A stretch of 64,000 nt of DNA from Tricharina praecox. Its lineage: Eukaryota. Below, in pieces: positions 1 to 12,871 of the stretch. The position numbers were made by a program, and so were the translations under genes. The notes under the pieces are model-generated. The model saw only the letters and a program-made list of their open reading frames with translations, was not told the origin of the DNA and ran no database searches. Every line of letters begins with the position of its first letter. Position 1 is the stretch's first letter. The stretch spans positions 310,001 through 374,000 of the forward strand of contig NW_026250423.1 of the NCBI RefSeq assembly GCF_024521635.1, read 5' to 3'.

Positions 1-466
1 ACTTGGGAACCCACTCCTGCTTCTCTTCGTCGTAGACCATCTTGCCGTCGCGGGGCTTGGTGCGGATGCCCTTCTTCTTTGCAAACAACTCCCTGTAGAA
101 GAATCAGCAATCATTCTCCGCCACATTTTCAACCAAAAGGTAGACAAACCACTTGGTCAACTCCTTCAGTCTAGGAATTGGCTTCTCTCTGGGCAGCGGT
201 GTGACGCCCTCCGGGAGCTCAACGAAGATTCCGTCCTTGGTGGATTTCAGCGGCAGCGCAGTAAGCACCTGGTTGATGAGTGCCTGAGCACCGTCGCGGA
301 TCGCCACCGAAAGGCATTCCTCGCGCGCAGTGGCGTAGAGCGCAGCATCGAGAGGGTTGTTGTCGAAGGCCGTCAAGTGGCCCATGTCGAATTCGAGAGG
401 AATTGGCTTCTCAACTGTTACGACGAGCTTTTCGCGCTTGGCGGGGGCAACCTCTGCGGCGGGCAT
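1..466 (-). CDS. RRS1: Ribosome biogenesis regulatory protein RRS1; the 3' end runs off the window. Exons 466-150 and 92-<1, intron 149-93.
   Basis: ATG at 466. The spliced translation contains KPIPLEFDMGHLTAFDNNPL...LPREKPIP...TKW|ELFAKKKGIRTKPRDGKMVYDEEKQEWVPK, typical of RRS1. Intron GTTTGT...CAG. Confidence 0.93.
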
Positions 467-710
467 TGTGAGGACTTTGGTGGTGGTTGTAGGTGGGGGG
501 AAGTGTGGTGATGGTGGTGGTGGTGGAACTGCTTGCGAAGAGATCTCAAACTGTCGCGCAAGTGGAAGGAAAAGTTTCAGCCGCATCCGCAATAGGATTA
601 GCGGAGGCTCGTTTTTTTGAACATCACCTTCCCCCCACCAACCCACCAACCGCAGTGCGACCCACCCCCCACGGACCTCCTCCACACCTCAATTGACCTG
701 CACATCCATC

Positions 711-2158
711 ATGGTGCTCTCGACCGCTGGCTGGCGGTGCCTCCGCTCTACAACCATCCGCCAGCTCCCACGATCACTCGTTCCTACTACCCCCACGGCA
801 GCAGTAGCATTCACCACCTCCGCGGCGACCCTCGACAAGAGCTCGAAACCCAACGTCAAGGGGGGGCAGGGGCGGAACGTACAGACGGGCCAACAGCGAG
901 TCGGCGGAAGGGGTGGTCCTCCAACTACGGAGTCGAAATCGCGGGCTGCATACAAGGAGGGCGAGCGCAAACAAATACGTCAGCGCATCGTGCTCTCGAA
1001 TACCAACGCGCCGCCGGTAAACCTCGGCGAGCTCACGGTCGAGGTTTCCATCCATGAGCCCACCGTCGGCAGTGTGTTCGCGCTTGCTCCACACGATGTG
1101 GACAAGTTGAGGGAACTTCAGGCATTCAGGCGTACCCAGGATTGGAAGTTCTTCTACCGCCCTAGTACGGTCATGCGGAAGGAGAGTTTGGTGCTGGGAG
1201 AGATGCTGAAGGAGATCCAGGAGGGTGAAAAGGGGGCATGCGAACGTGTTATTCTTTCGGGTCCCAAGGGGAGTGGGAAGAGTGTGCTTTTACTACAAGC
1301 TATGTCGTGGGCGCTGCAGAGGGAGTGGGTAGTCATCAACATTTCCAATGGTACCCGTCACACCCTTCACACAGCCAGCACCTCCATATCTAATCAGCTT
1401 CGATGCTTCTTCTAGCCCACGATCTGGTGATAGGCCACACCGAGTACGAGCATGACGCGACATCGGGCACCTGGGCACAGCGGGAATACACACGGTCGCT
1501 TCTATCGCGCATCTTGTCCGCCAACCACGCCGTCCTCGCCCGCATGAAGCTCTCCAAGGACCACACGCTGAACCGTATCGACTTCCCCGCGGCAACCGAC
1601 TTGGCGCAGTTCTGCCAACGCGGATCGCGCGACGCCACGATCTCGCACGAAGTGTTCACCACTCTCCTCGAGGAGCTCTGCCACGCCGGCCGCCCACCCG
1701 TCCTCTTCGCCGTCGACTCGCTCAACTTCATGATGCAGAACTCCGACTACCACGACCAGGACTACAACATCATCCACGCGCACGACCTCGCCATCCCCCG
1801 GCACTTCTGCGACTTCCTCAACGGCACCCGCGCATTCCCGCGCGGACTGGTCATCGGCGCCACATCGCTCGCCGGTGCCCCGCGCACCGACGCCTTCGAG
1901 TACGCCCTCCGTGGCTGGAAGCTCCCCGCCTACTCCAAGCTGGACACTAGGATCGCTCCTAGCATTGCCGGCGCCGAGGTGATGGAGATCGGCGCCATGG
2001 CCGAGGAGGAGGCGAAGAGTCTGCTGGAATACTGCCGTGTCAGTGGACTGCTCAAGGAGGGCCGTCCCCTGAGTGACGAGCAGGTTGCGCAGAGAGTTGC
2101 AGTTAGCTCGGGTCTGGCGAAGGAGCTGGTGGCAGGCTGTGTTAGGATGCTGGCTTAG
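711..2158 (+). CDS. RSM23: Mitochondrial small-subunit ribosomal protein mS29 (DAP3/Rsm23). Intron 1351-1415.
   Basis: Presequence-like R/S/T-rich N-terminus, ERKQIRQRIVLSNTNA, P-loop GPKGSGKS, RPPVLFAVD and HAHDL motifs. The intron GTACCC...CTAAT...TAG joins two track ORFs in frame (N-A|HDL). Confidence 0.9.
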
Positions 2159-4688
2159 GGGAGTGTAAAATAACATACATAGATGTGTGCACGCGGTTGT
2201 AGGCATAGATGTACGGAAGATCTTGTACTTTATTGACAATTATGGGTTGGCTGGATCACTTTCCGAGACGATTCATACCATCAAGACATGTCAACCGTTT
2301 CCATAACATGGGCGAATACATGACAAACGATACGGTAATTTCCACACAAAGCAAACTGCTTGAATCATACTTGAGTGATTCCACGTGAATACCAATAGTT
2401 GGTCCCCGCTATCACTCTCAGAATGTGCCATCCCTCCCACTAAAGCTTTCACCTCGGGAAAAACGAGTGCCGAGAAACGAATGGAACAGTACGGAAGAAG
2501 AACCGAGTGACACGGAACCCATCCTCAGCTCGCACGGGCCGGGCCGGACGGGACGGCTCAGCTCACTGGGTGCTTGCAGGTTCGTGTCACGGTATCGGGA
2601 GGGACTACGGAACCAGTGACCAGCGTCGCAATATAGATGTCGTTCGTGAGCCTGACACCACCAGCATCACGACAGCTAGAGTACTAACTATACCAAACAG
2701 ATCATGTGAACAATCGCAATATCCTCTCGAGTCTCAATACCGCCGCCGGAGACCTCCCGGCTCCTCCGTCTTCGAAGTTTGGGTGTGTGAGACGGATCTG
2801 CTCCGTCTAGGTACCTATATGTGTTGTACTCTATTTCCGCCAAGCACAACACTGCACAGCACAGCACAACACTGGCCCGTGGGTATTTAGCTGTATAGAT
2901 GGACTCGTATATATTTACAACCGACGGATTCCACCCGCGCCGCCTCCGCCGCCGCTGCCGGAAAGAGGCATTGCAACCCGCCTCACACACACACACACTC
3001 TCTCTCTCTCTCTCTTTCTGGGGCCTGCCTGCCTGCACAGTGCGCCCAGACCCTGAACGGCGAACGGCGAAGGTTGATGCACACTACTCTATCTGAATCG
3101 GTGGGTTCGGAATCTGTAGACAAGGAATCTGGAATCTGTGGAATCTGGGGTGCATTTCCGACCCATTCTTTCCGCGTGTTACACCTTCCGTCGTCGCCGT
3201 GTGACCTTACGGGGCGAGACCAGTGGGGTGGCGTGATGGTCGAGAGAGGGAGGGCTCGACAAAATGTTTAATGGCCTACTGGGTTGGGCGGTTTGAGGAT
3301 TGAGGGCCAAGAGACGGAATCGCAACCGTTGGCTAGGTCGGGACACTCGCACGATATCAACTTTCAAATAGGATGTAGAGTAGAATGGGTGCTCAGAGTG
3401 ACGACAGCTGAGTTGGGAATAAGGGCGAAGAGAGACCTTCTCTTATTATACGGAGCAATCGCTCATGAAGGGTGCCAACATGGATTCATCGTCGCCTTGT
3501 AACGACTTCCGCTAGCTCATCTGTGTATATATCGTCGTCGTGCGAGACTACCGGTGTCTACGGAAGAAATCATAGACCTCTCGGGCCGCTGGTCAGGTGA
3601 CTGCGAGGTTCTGAGATGGAGTGGGGAATCTCGGAATCTCGCTCGCCTTGGGCGTAGTCGTGAATTCCGCTTCGGTGGGTTTGGTCGGGCCGTGTCCATC
3701 AACTGCCAAAGCGTGTGTCCTATGTAGAGATCAGTGGCTACTATATAGGCATGTAAATCTTGGTAACCAACTTGGAATTGCCGCGGCAGAGGAAGAGGGT
3801 CTATCGATGAATGATAATTCGAGCTTAGAGAAGCCTATGGTCAACCGAAAATCTGCTTCCGCGTAAATGTGCAGCAACGTGACCCAGCACGTGCCCACGT
3901 GCCAGATCGTCCATAAACTAGGCCTTCAAGTGTCCAAACTCCAACACGACCTCCCTCCTCGTCTCAAATCGCGCCCGATGACGTCCTCCACCACCATCAG
4001 ATGCCATCTCGACTTCACACCAAGCAAAAGCAACTTCCATCCCCCCCCCCCCCTCCAACCGTCCCAATGGACTCCACTCCACGTCACTTGGCCAGGCTGA
4101 ATGAGTATTCTCGACATCTGTCAGTTGGATCACACTACATAAGCATCGCGGCCCGACCCCTCGACAGCTTGGTATCGATCCGGACAATATATACCGGCTT
4201 GCCGGCTTACATGAGTGATCGGAACTCTACCTAGCTGTCCGGCTTCCGAAGACCACGGTCTGGTCTGGTCTGGAAGAACGACTACCCACGGTCCTATCCC
4301 ACATTCGCCGCGGTGGCAACAAAAGCGGACCGAGTGGTAACTACTCTAGTTCGTCCAGAGGATCAGAGCCACACCGAAAGTCGTGACCACCACTGGTTTG
4401 ATTTTTGATGCGGTGTGGTGATCAGTGGTCACGACTTTTTCTGTGGCGCCGCCGGACGAACTTCACCCCTCAGTATGGAGGTACACATCTGGTCCGAGGG
4501 TTTAGAAATGGTTCGATATTCCGTTGGCACACCGAGCACACGGAGCACACCACATGCCAATACCTGCCACATGAGTGGAGTACATACACCACATACCTAC
4601 ACCACATACGCAGTAGTAGAACTTCGATAGAGTACATGTCCAGCGTACTCTACATGTGAGTAGTAGGTATGGTGGATATCAGTAAGCC

Positions 4689-4760
4689 AACGCAGCCAGA
4701 CCACAGTGCCAGAACGCAGCCAGACCACAGTGCCAGAACGCAGCCAGGCCACAGTGCCAG
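4689..4760. repeat. 24-bp minisatellite (AACGCAGCCAGACCACAGTGCCAG) x3
   Basis: Three tandem copies with one mismatch, followed by degenerate ACCA(C/G)A units. Confidence 0.9.
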
Positions 4761-6865
4761 ACCAGACTACAAACCACAGACCACGGACCGCAGTGTGCAC
4801 CCTGGCTATAACTACCGGTTGCAGTAGCCGGTGGCCGATAGTCCCGCGGAAACCTGTTGCCAACTTGTGCTGAGTGCGTGGGAATCGGTGGGCGGAAGCT
4901 TGCTTGCTTGCTTAAATGCGGGGTAGGGGGGTGGGGCGGTGGGGCTTCTAGAGAGAGACAGAGGAGGATGGGTAATGGTAATGTGGGATTCTTGTATGGG
5001 TGGGAGGGGGGAAGCTTTGCCGCGGTCAATCCGGTACCATAATGTTGGGCATTGGGCAATGGGGGATGTTTATGCGTCGCGGTTGGGCCGGCGGATACAT
5101 GAGCCCATACCGTAGGTCCTACTTCGTTCATATCACCATCATGGGCAGGAGTATTTACTTCACCGTAAGAAACAAGTACTTGGTTACATATACCTTATCC
5201 CCGTCCCCAGACTCCAGTCCATCGTGCTTTTTGTCCGCCACAAAAGGACCTCGGCAGTGTCGGCAAGGTAGTTTCCCAGCCCGCCAGCGGCCGCCGGTCT
5301 CGGAAAGCGTGCGTGCATGTTCGGGTATGTGATACCTACCACGAATCTTCGAATCCACACAGCTGAGCTGCGACAAGACAAGACAAGATTATTGTCTCGT
5401 CACATTCCCGGCGGTTGCAGTGTTATGTGGTTAACTAGAGCACGGTAGGTAGTGTTGCAAGACGTGTGTGGGTGTTGGAACGGAAGAAGAGAACACATCT
5501 CCGATCGGGTCGGGAGGAATGGGTGGAGAGGGGTGGGGGGAGAGGCGGGGGGTTACGTTAACCGCTTGTGAAAGCTCGCGCAGGACAGAAACTCCCACGT
5601 CGAGAGTCGAGACGGGCGGCGAGGATTACGAGATTCGGGAGACTGCCCAGAATACCTAACTGACTGGAGGGCATCTTGCTTGCTTACTTGTATTCGGTCG
5701 AGGCATTGATTGATTATTGGAGTCGACCCGGCCGGGAAGAAACAAACCAACAAATGGACGGACAGTCATCGAGGTCGACTTTCGTCTTTTCCATTCCCTC
5801 TTCCGCTGCAGACCTTCTTTTTTCAACTTTTTTTTTTCAAGTTGGTGTTTGGGGGAAAGCTTGCCGGGCCGGCAAGAGACAACAGACAGGCAGTGTGACG
5901 CTCGAGTAAGCAGGGGTTCCAGCCAATCGCGAGCGCTGCAATTCAATGCTGAGACACTATGGACAGCCCGGGAATGCCGACGAAACGAAACTCCGGGGAG
6001 AACCTGGCTGGTATGTATGGGAGAAAATGCTGGCAGAGTCCCCGTGAGCTGGATGGAGATACACATATCTAGAGTGCTTGCCTGCTTGCTCGGCGGAGAT
6101 GAAGTCTAGAGCAGAGTGCTTTCTCGATGGACGGGTGCTATGTACCTGTAACCTAGGTACTTGCCTTGGTATGGCCGTGAGAGTACCGGAACCGAGACCG
6201 AGCATTCCCATCGCCATGAATGTGAATGTGAATGTGATTATGAAAGGCCTGTGGCCGTCTTCCCCGGCAGAGTTCACAACGTGTGCGTTTGGGCCAGAAA
6301 GTTAGTTGGACCGGCACCGTCCTCGTCCTCACTAATCGGACACCCAATCGAAGACTCTCGATCAAGCCATGCATGATGGGGCTGGTAACGGTTGGTCTTC
6401 CGAAGCAGACGGAGAGACGAAAAGTCCGGCCAGAGCTGTATCGAGTGGCCACTACTTGCTCTTTCCTCGTTCGTGCTGCAAGCGACACTCTCGCCGGGAA
6501 TGGGGGAGGGGACCCTTGTGACATCGCCATTGCCTCAGTACAAAACCCGCGTAACGCTGCCAGAGGCTGACAACTTTCTTTCCCATAAACTCCCTAAACC
6601 CCCCCCAACACCTCCCCCACTCCTTCTCTTCCTCTCACTTCGACCTCCCTCCATAAACTCCCCTCCCCCCATAATACCCGCCATCCCCCCTCCAAAACCC
6701 GCCATCCGTACTCGCTCCTCAATTCATTCTCTAGCTTCGGCCCGTCTTTGGCATTTGCTTGCTTAGTCTAACTTTTCTCCCGGACGAATACAAACCACTA
6801 CTACTACTTGCTTATCCACCAACCGAAAACCAAACAAAACCAAACCCGTCGAATTTTCGCCCATC

Positions 6866-9011
6866 ATGGAGCCCGCTCTGAAGCACTCGACCAAGGTCTG
6901 CCCGTTCCTCAAGAAGACGTCCATGAGCACCCTCCGCGCCCTTTCCACGTCCACGTCCGTCTCCAGCAGCGGTGGCGCTATGTCGAACCTCCGAATCGTC
7001 GCCGAGCGCTGCCCCATCATGTCGCAGGCTATGGCCGTCCAGAGCGTCGGCCGTGGCTCGACCATGAACTCGGCCTTCAGACGCTCCTCGGCCGCCATGT
7101 TCGGCCTCGGCCTTCAGCAGCAGAAGCGCTCGTACGTCGTGCCGAGCAAGCCCAGCGCTTTCGGCACCACCAACACCAGGTCTGCCGAGGCTGCCGATGT
7201 GTCTGAGGTCCATAGAAGGGCTGGCGTTATCGACACCTCAAAGGGTATGTTTTTCTTTTCTTTCTCAATTCTCTCGGAGTGCATTGCATCTTTGGGAGGG
7301 GTTTGGAATTGATGGGTTAACATTGGTTGGTTGCGTGCAGGGATTTGTCCTCATGGTTCTGCCGCCATGAACGCCGCGAAAATTGCCGATGCCTTTTTAC
7401 CTGCTAAGGGCACTCGAGTCACCCTTCCCACCAGCGCCCGCAAGACGACCAGCAACGTCTGCACTGCAAAGTTCGATTACGAGGCTTTCTACTCGTACGA
7501 ATTGGAGAAGAAGCACAAGGACAAGAGTTACAGATATTTCAACAACATCAACCGTCTCGCCAATGCTTTCCCCCAAGCACATCTGGAGGACCCCAGCCAA
7601 CTAGTCACGGCATGGTGTAGCAACGATTATGTGAGTATCTGTCCATTGATTCGGGGGGTTGACGACCGTGGTAAACTGACTCGGATTTCAGCTTGGTATG
7701 GGAAGGAACCCGGAGGTCCTCAAGGCGATGCACGAGACATTAGATACGTATGGAGCTGGTGCCGGAGGAACTCGAAACATCTCGGGACACAACAAGCATG
7801 CGATCCAACTCGAAGCCACGCTTGCCAAACTGCATGCGAAGCCCGCGGCGTTGGTGTTCTCGTCGTGCTACGTGGCGAACGATGCGACGCTGGCGACCCT
7901 CGGTTCGAAACTGCCCGATTGTGTGATCCTGTCCGACTCGTTGAACCACGCTTCGATGATTCAGGGAATCCGCCATTCGGGAGCCAAGAAGATGGTGTTC
8001 CGTCACAATGATCTGGAGCACCTCGAGTCGCAGCTCGCGTCGCTACCCCTCCATGTTCCCAAGATCATTGCCTTTGAGTCCGTCTACTCCATGTGCGGAT
8101 CCATCGGCCCGATCGCCGAGATCTGTGACCTCGCCGATAAGTACGGTGCGATCACCTTCTTGGATGAGGTGCACGCTGTTGGAATGTATGGACCACACGG
8201 TGCCGGTGTTGCTGAGCATCTCGACTGGGAGGCTCATGCTACTGGTAACCACGAGGGAACCATCATGGACCGCATCGACATCATCACCGGTACCCTCGGA
8301 AAGGCATACGGTTGTGTCGGTGGTTACATTGCCGGATCCTCCAAGTTCGTCGACGCCATCCGTTCCTTGGCCCCCGGTTTCATCTTCACCACTTCGCTCC
8401 CCCCAGCCACCATGTCCGGTGCCGCGGCCGCGATCGAGTACCAGTACAACTACAACGGCGACCGCCACCTGCAGCAACACCACGTGCGCATCGTCAAGTC
8501 CGAGCTCGAGGCCCGCGACTTCCCCGTGATCCCCAACCCCTCACACATCGTCCCGGTCCTGGTCGGTAATGCCGAGCAGGCCCGCGCGGCCAGCGACATG
8601 CTCCTGAACAAGCACGGCATCTACGTCCAAGCGATCAACTACCCGACCGTGCCCAAGGGACAGGAGCGTCTACGCATCACCCCCACCCCCGGCCACACCG
8701 AGGTCTTCCAGCAGCAGCTTTACGCGGCCCTCGACGACGTCTGGCAGACCCTCGAGCTCAAGCGCACTTCTGACTGGGCTCGCGAGGGCGGGCTCTGCGG
8801 AGTCGGCCAGGTCACCGATGTCGAGCCCATCTGGACCGACGAACAGCTGAGTCTTGAGGCTTCCAACACCACCAACACCAACACCACTACCACCACTCTT
8901 GCTGCTGCCGCCGCCGCCGCGCCCGTCGTCATCAAGGCCGGCCGCGCCGGCATAGCTGTCGACGAGATCCTCGAGAAGGAGCTCAGTCGCTCCAGCGGAA
9001 TCGTTGCTTAA
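6866..9011 (+). CDS. HEM1: Mitochondrial 5-aminolevulinate synthase. Introns 7245-7340 and 7631-7691.
   Basis: [43 protein letters not shown] and the PLP-lysine motif GTLGKAYG. Three N-terminal CP motifs (VCPF, RCPI, ICPH). Canonical introns. Confidence 0.97.
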
Positions 9012-10273
9012 TGAATCAACTGCCATTTGCTCTTGTTGATTGTTCTTTGGCGACTGTTGTGTTGTGTTGCGTGTGTTGCGTGTTTTTAGGCTAGGCTAGG
9101 AATTGGATCTGGGAATTTTTTGTGTGTGTGCAATTGGATCATCTCTACTACTGTGGCACCGTTTTTGGCGATTTTTTGAGATCTTTGTTATGTCGGGCCG
9201 TATAGTCCGCATGGTTTATTCTTCTGTTCTGTTCCGTAAAGAAGTAGAGAAGTAGAGTAGATGGATGGAGGTCGAAGAATCATTTTCTGCCAAACTGCTA
9301 AGTTCATTTCGTTGTGATATCATCGCCGGCCGGAGGAGGATGGGTAATTACATTATGCAGGGCGGTGAGTCGGTGACGGATCTACATAGATCTGATCTCT
9401 GGATCTGTAGTGCATTGGGTAGAATAACAGATCTTGGAGATCTTGGTAGCGGTATATGCGGACTCACTCACTGGCGGTCTGAGACTTAAAGATTTCGTCC
9501 TGAAGAAAAATCCCAAAAAAAGTATGGAGCTTTAACTTCAACCTTAAAAGCCTAAATACTCGATATAGAAAGAGCATTTCCGTCAAATCACAGTTCCTTC
9601 ATCATCTAGACCTCAAACTCTTTCCCGAGCACCTTTCACCCAGACGTTCGCCTACCAGCCACCTCCGGTCCTCGATATTGATCATATACGCAGCCTACGC
9701 GGAGGTATTTCTCCCCCTCACATGGTTAGCCCGCGATCGTACGGTATCTACCCGTGAACCTTAGGCACTCCTCGATGGTGAGTCCGAGAGTTGCTCAAGA
9801 ACTCTGGAGCAGAGCCTAACTTAGGTACCTACTCTGTCCCGGGGGGAGGGGGGGCAAACGTGGGCATATGGTCGTATACCGTAACTACGACCGGCGCTCC
9901 TATTGATGAGTCTGGACTGGGTGGAAACCAAACGTACCGTACCGTAACTCTTCATCTAGATTCTGAGCAAGAGTTATGGTCTGGGCCGCGCCACACACAA
10001 CCGCCACACGCTATCGACTCCTTGGAAGCGAGTTCAGTTCCATGTGGCATGTGGGAGTGGCAACCTACTTTAGTCTTTACATAGTGGGGCAACGGCAACG
10101 GCAAGGTGGGGTTGATACAGCAGCGCAAACTCTCCGCGATGGATGGATAATCCGTAATCATCATGTTCTAGCTAAGACAGTACCTTAGTGGCCACTCGAT
10201 CCACCACCACCGCAATGCGCTCTTCACCTTCACCAGCAGCACATCCACCACCACCACCACCACCACCATCACT

Positions 10274-12169
10274 ATGGCGACTCCCGAATCAGATCCAGCC
10301 ATGACCGCGCCCACCACCGGGTCCCCGCGGCGAGCACTGATCCTGTACGCGTCGCAAACGGGCACGTCCGAAGACCTATCTCTCCAGCTGTCCGACGTCC
10401 TCACGCGGCACCACATCCACCCCACCGTCCTGTCATGCAACGAGCTCACGCCCCTCTCCACCCTGCCCACACACGCTCTCATCTTCCTCCTAATCTCGAC
10501 CACCGGGCAAGGCGAGATGCCCGACAACGCCAAGCTCTTCTGGCGCGGTCTGCTACGGAAGAAGCTGCCCGCCGCGTGGCTGGGGGAGGTGAGCTTTGGC
10601 GTGTTTTGTCTCGGCGACACGACGTATCCGAAGTTTTGCTGGGCGGGCAGGATGGTAGGGAGGAGGTTGCTGCAGCTCGGTGCGAAGGAGGTCGTGCCCA
10701 GGGTGGAGGCGGATCAGAGCGCTGATGAGGGCACCGAGGGCGCGTTTGCGGGCTGGGTAGAGGTGGTTAGGAGCGTGCTGAGGCAAAAGTGGCCGCTGAT
10801 GGATGGGACGGAGGAGATTAAAGATGAAGTCGTGCTCGAGAGTAAGTGGGTTCTTGAGTTCGCGGGTGCGGACGGGGAGGCGGACGGGAAGACGGATGGG
10901 GAGGCGGACAGCAAGGGCGAGGTGGATGGGATGGAAATCATGAGGAAGCTGCACGCACCGCGGCCCGGAGCGATACTGGCCACCGTCGCAAAGAACGAGC
11001 GGATAACGACGCCCGAGCACTGGCAGGACGTGCGGCACCTCGCCTTCACCCTTCCGGAGCCCATGTGCTGGTCTCCGGGCGATGTCCTCTCCATCTCTCC
11101 CAAAAACTTCCCGGCGGACGTAGAGCACCTCCTCGCGCTGCAGAACTGGACCGCGATCGCCGACCGGCCACTGGTGCTCAAACCCTCCGCCCACCTGGCG
11201 CCCTCTGAAATCCCGCCGTGCCCCATCTCCACCCCCATATCCCCCCTCACCCTGCGCACCCTCCTCATCCACCACCTGGACATCACCTCGATCCCGCGGC
11301 GGTCCTTCTTCTCGCTCGCCGCGCACCTCACCACCGACTCGACACACAAAGAGCGGCTGGCGGAGTTCGCAGACCCGCAATGGATCGAGGAGTTATGGGA
11401 TTACACGACGCGCCCACGGCGCAGCATTCTCGAAGTGCTCCAAGAATTCAGCAGCATCCGTATCCCGCTCCCACGGCTGCTGCAACTGATCCCGCGCCTC
11501 CGCCCACGACAATTCAGCATCGCCTCGTCCTCCCTCTCCTCACCCACAAGCATCGAGCTCCTCGTGGCTATAGTCCGCTACAAAACCGTCATTAAGAAAA
11601 CCCGGCTAGGCGTGTGCACACGGTACCTCGCCTCGCTCCTCCCCGACGCCGACGCCGACGCCGACACCATCTCCCTAGTGTTCCACGGAGGCTCACTCGG
11701 CCTCTCCCCCTCACACCTCCGCGCACCAGTAGTCCTAATCGCGCCGGGCACGGGCGTAGCACCCATGCGGGCATTGCTGCAGCACCGCCTCCTATCCCCC
11801 AGCCCAGCGGTGGACAACACACTAATCTTCGGCTGCCGCTCCTCACGCGCAGACTACTTCTTCTCGTCGGAGTGGACCTCTCTACAAGCGCGCGGCGCAC
11901 TGCAGCTCTTACCCGCGTTCTCGCGGGACCAGCCGGCGAAGCGGTATGTACAGACCGTTGTCCGCGAGAATGCCGGGAAGGTGTGGGCCGCCCTCGCGGA
12001 GAGGGGCGGGAGCGTGTTTGTGTGTGGAAGTAGTGGGCGCATGCCCAGTGCTGTGAGGGAGGCGCTCGTGGAGGTGTTTGCAGCCAGGGGGGGGATGCGC
12101 AGGGAGGACGCCGTGAAGTGGCTCGAGCGGCTGGAGAAGGAGGGGCGGTATCGGCAGGAGACTTGGTGA
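10274..12169 (+). CDS. TAH18: NADPH-dependent diflavin oxidoreductase (Tah18/NDOR1), intronless
   Basis: Flavodoxin motifs LYASQTGTSED, STTGQGEMPDN and LGDTTYPKFCWA; DYTTRPRRSILEVL; RQFSIASS; IAPGTGVAPMR; C-terminal GRYRQETW. Confidence 0.93.
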   Translation: MATPESDPAMTAPTTGSPRRALILYASQTGTSEDLSLQLSDVLTRHHIHPTVLSCNELTPLSTLPTHALIFLLISTTGQGEMPDNAKLFWRGLLRKKLPAAWLGEVSFGVFCLGDTTYPKFCWAGRMVGRRLLQLGAKEVVPRVEADQSADEGTEGAFAGWVEVVRSVLRQKWPLMDGTEEIKDEVVLESKWVLEFAGADGEADGKTDGEADSKGEVDGMEIMRKLHAPRPGAILATVAKNERITTPEHWQDVRHLAFTLPEPMCWSPGDVLSISPKNFPADVEHLLALQNWTAIADRPLVLKPSAHLAPSEIPPCPISTPISPLTLRTLLIHHLDITSIPRRSFFSLAAHLTTDSTHKERLAEFADPQWIEELWDYTTRPRRSILEVLQEFSSIRIPLPRLLQLIPRLRPRQFSIASSSLSSPTSIELLVAIVRYKTVIKKTRLGVCTRYLASLLPDADADADTISLVFHGGSLGLSPSHLRAPVVLIAPGTGVAPMRALLQHRLLSPSPAVDNTLIFGCRSSRADYFFSSEWTSLQARGALQLLPAFSRDQPAKRYVQTVVRENAGKVWAALAERGGSVFVCGSSGRMPSAVREALVEVFAARGGMRREDAVKWLERLEKEGRYRQETW

Positions 12170-12433
12170 GCTGTATACAGCTGGAGTGGGTACGTCACGG
12201 AGGGGGGGGTCATTGTATTTGATTTGGTTTGGTGAGGATGAGGAAGATGTGGATAGTGGAGGGTAATGAAGGTATAACATGTATGCATACCATCTCACTC
12301 GCTCGTTCTTCAACCCTTCCGCCAACACTTCCGCCCACGCTGCCGCCCATACCACACTACATGGCATCTCACCCGCACAAACATGCATACATCATCATAA
12401 CGGCCAGATCTGACCCGTCCACATCTGACCCAT

Positions 12434-12492
12434 CCACATCCACAGCCACATCCACAGCCACATCCACAGCCACAGCCACAGCCACATCCACA
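12434..12492. repeat. (CCACA[T/G])n hexamer microsatellite between convergent TAH18 and VTS1
   Basis: Direct reading: ccacatccacagccacatccacag... Confidence 0.8.
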
Positions 12493-12871
12493 AATCAAAT
12501 CACATCGAAACACAAGCCAAGTCAAAAGAAGAAGAAAGAAGAAGTAAAAGAAGTAGAAGAAAAGAAGAAGTAGAACAGAAATAAAAGGGAGAGTAGGTAA
12601 GTAGCGGTCGGGCAACAGCAACAGCAACACAGCATAGACATCGTAAGATATGAGTCAACAGAAAAGAAACGAAAAAGACAGCAACAGAGGCCCAAACAGA
12701 AAACCCGCAAATCAAGTAGTATAGCAAGCACCACAACTAATGAATGAATGTAGCAAATGAAGCGTCCCTATCTTTCTTTCATCATTAACCCCTAATCCGC
12801 CCACCCGCCTGATCACCTCAGATCACCTCATGTTGTGTTTCTTTTTCCAGGGTCCTGCCGAGCGAGATATC

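Noticed and set aside
2818..2838. A match of about 19 bp (TATGT[G/A]TTGTACTCTATTT) to the region near 17727
   Set aside because: The similarity does not extend on either side.
3640..3900. A minus-strand frame reading IYAEADFRLTIGFSKLELSFIDRPSSSAAAIPSWLPRF, faintly like the LPSWVPDW motif of HET-6-type proteins
   Set aside because: Short, interrupted by stops, with no start or other HET motifs; it cannot be told from chance without a search.
4689..4760. 24-bp repeats (and the 15-bp repeats at 51568) considered as CRISPR-like
   Set aside because: The units are contiguous with no spacers and the context is eukaryotic, so they are ordinary minisatellites.
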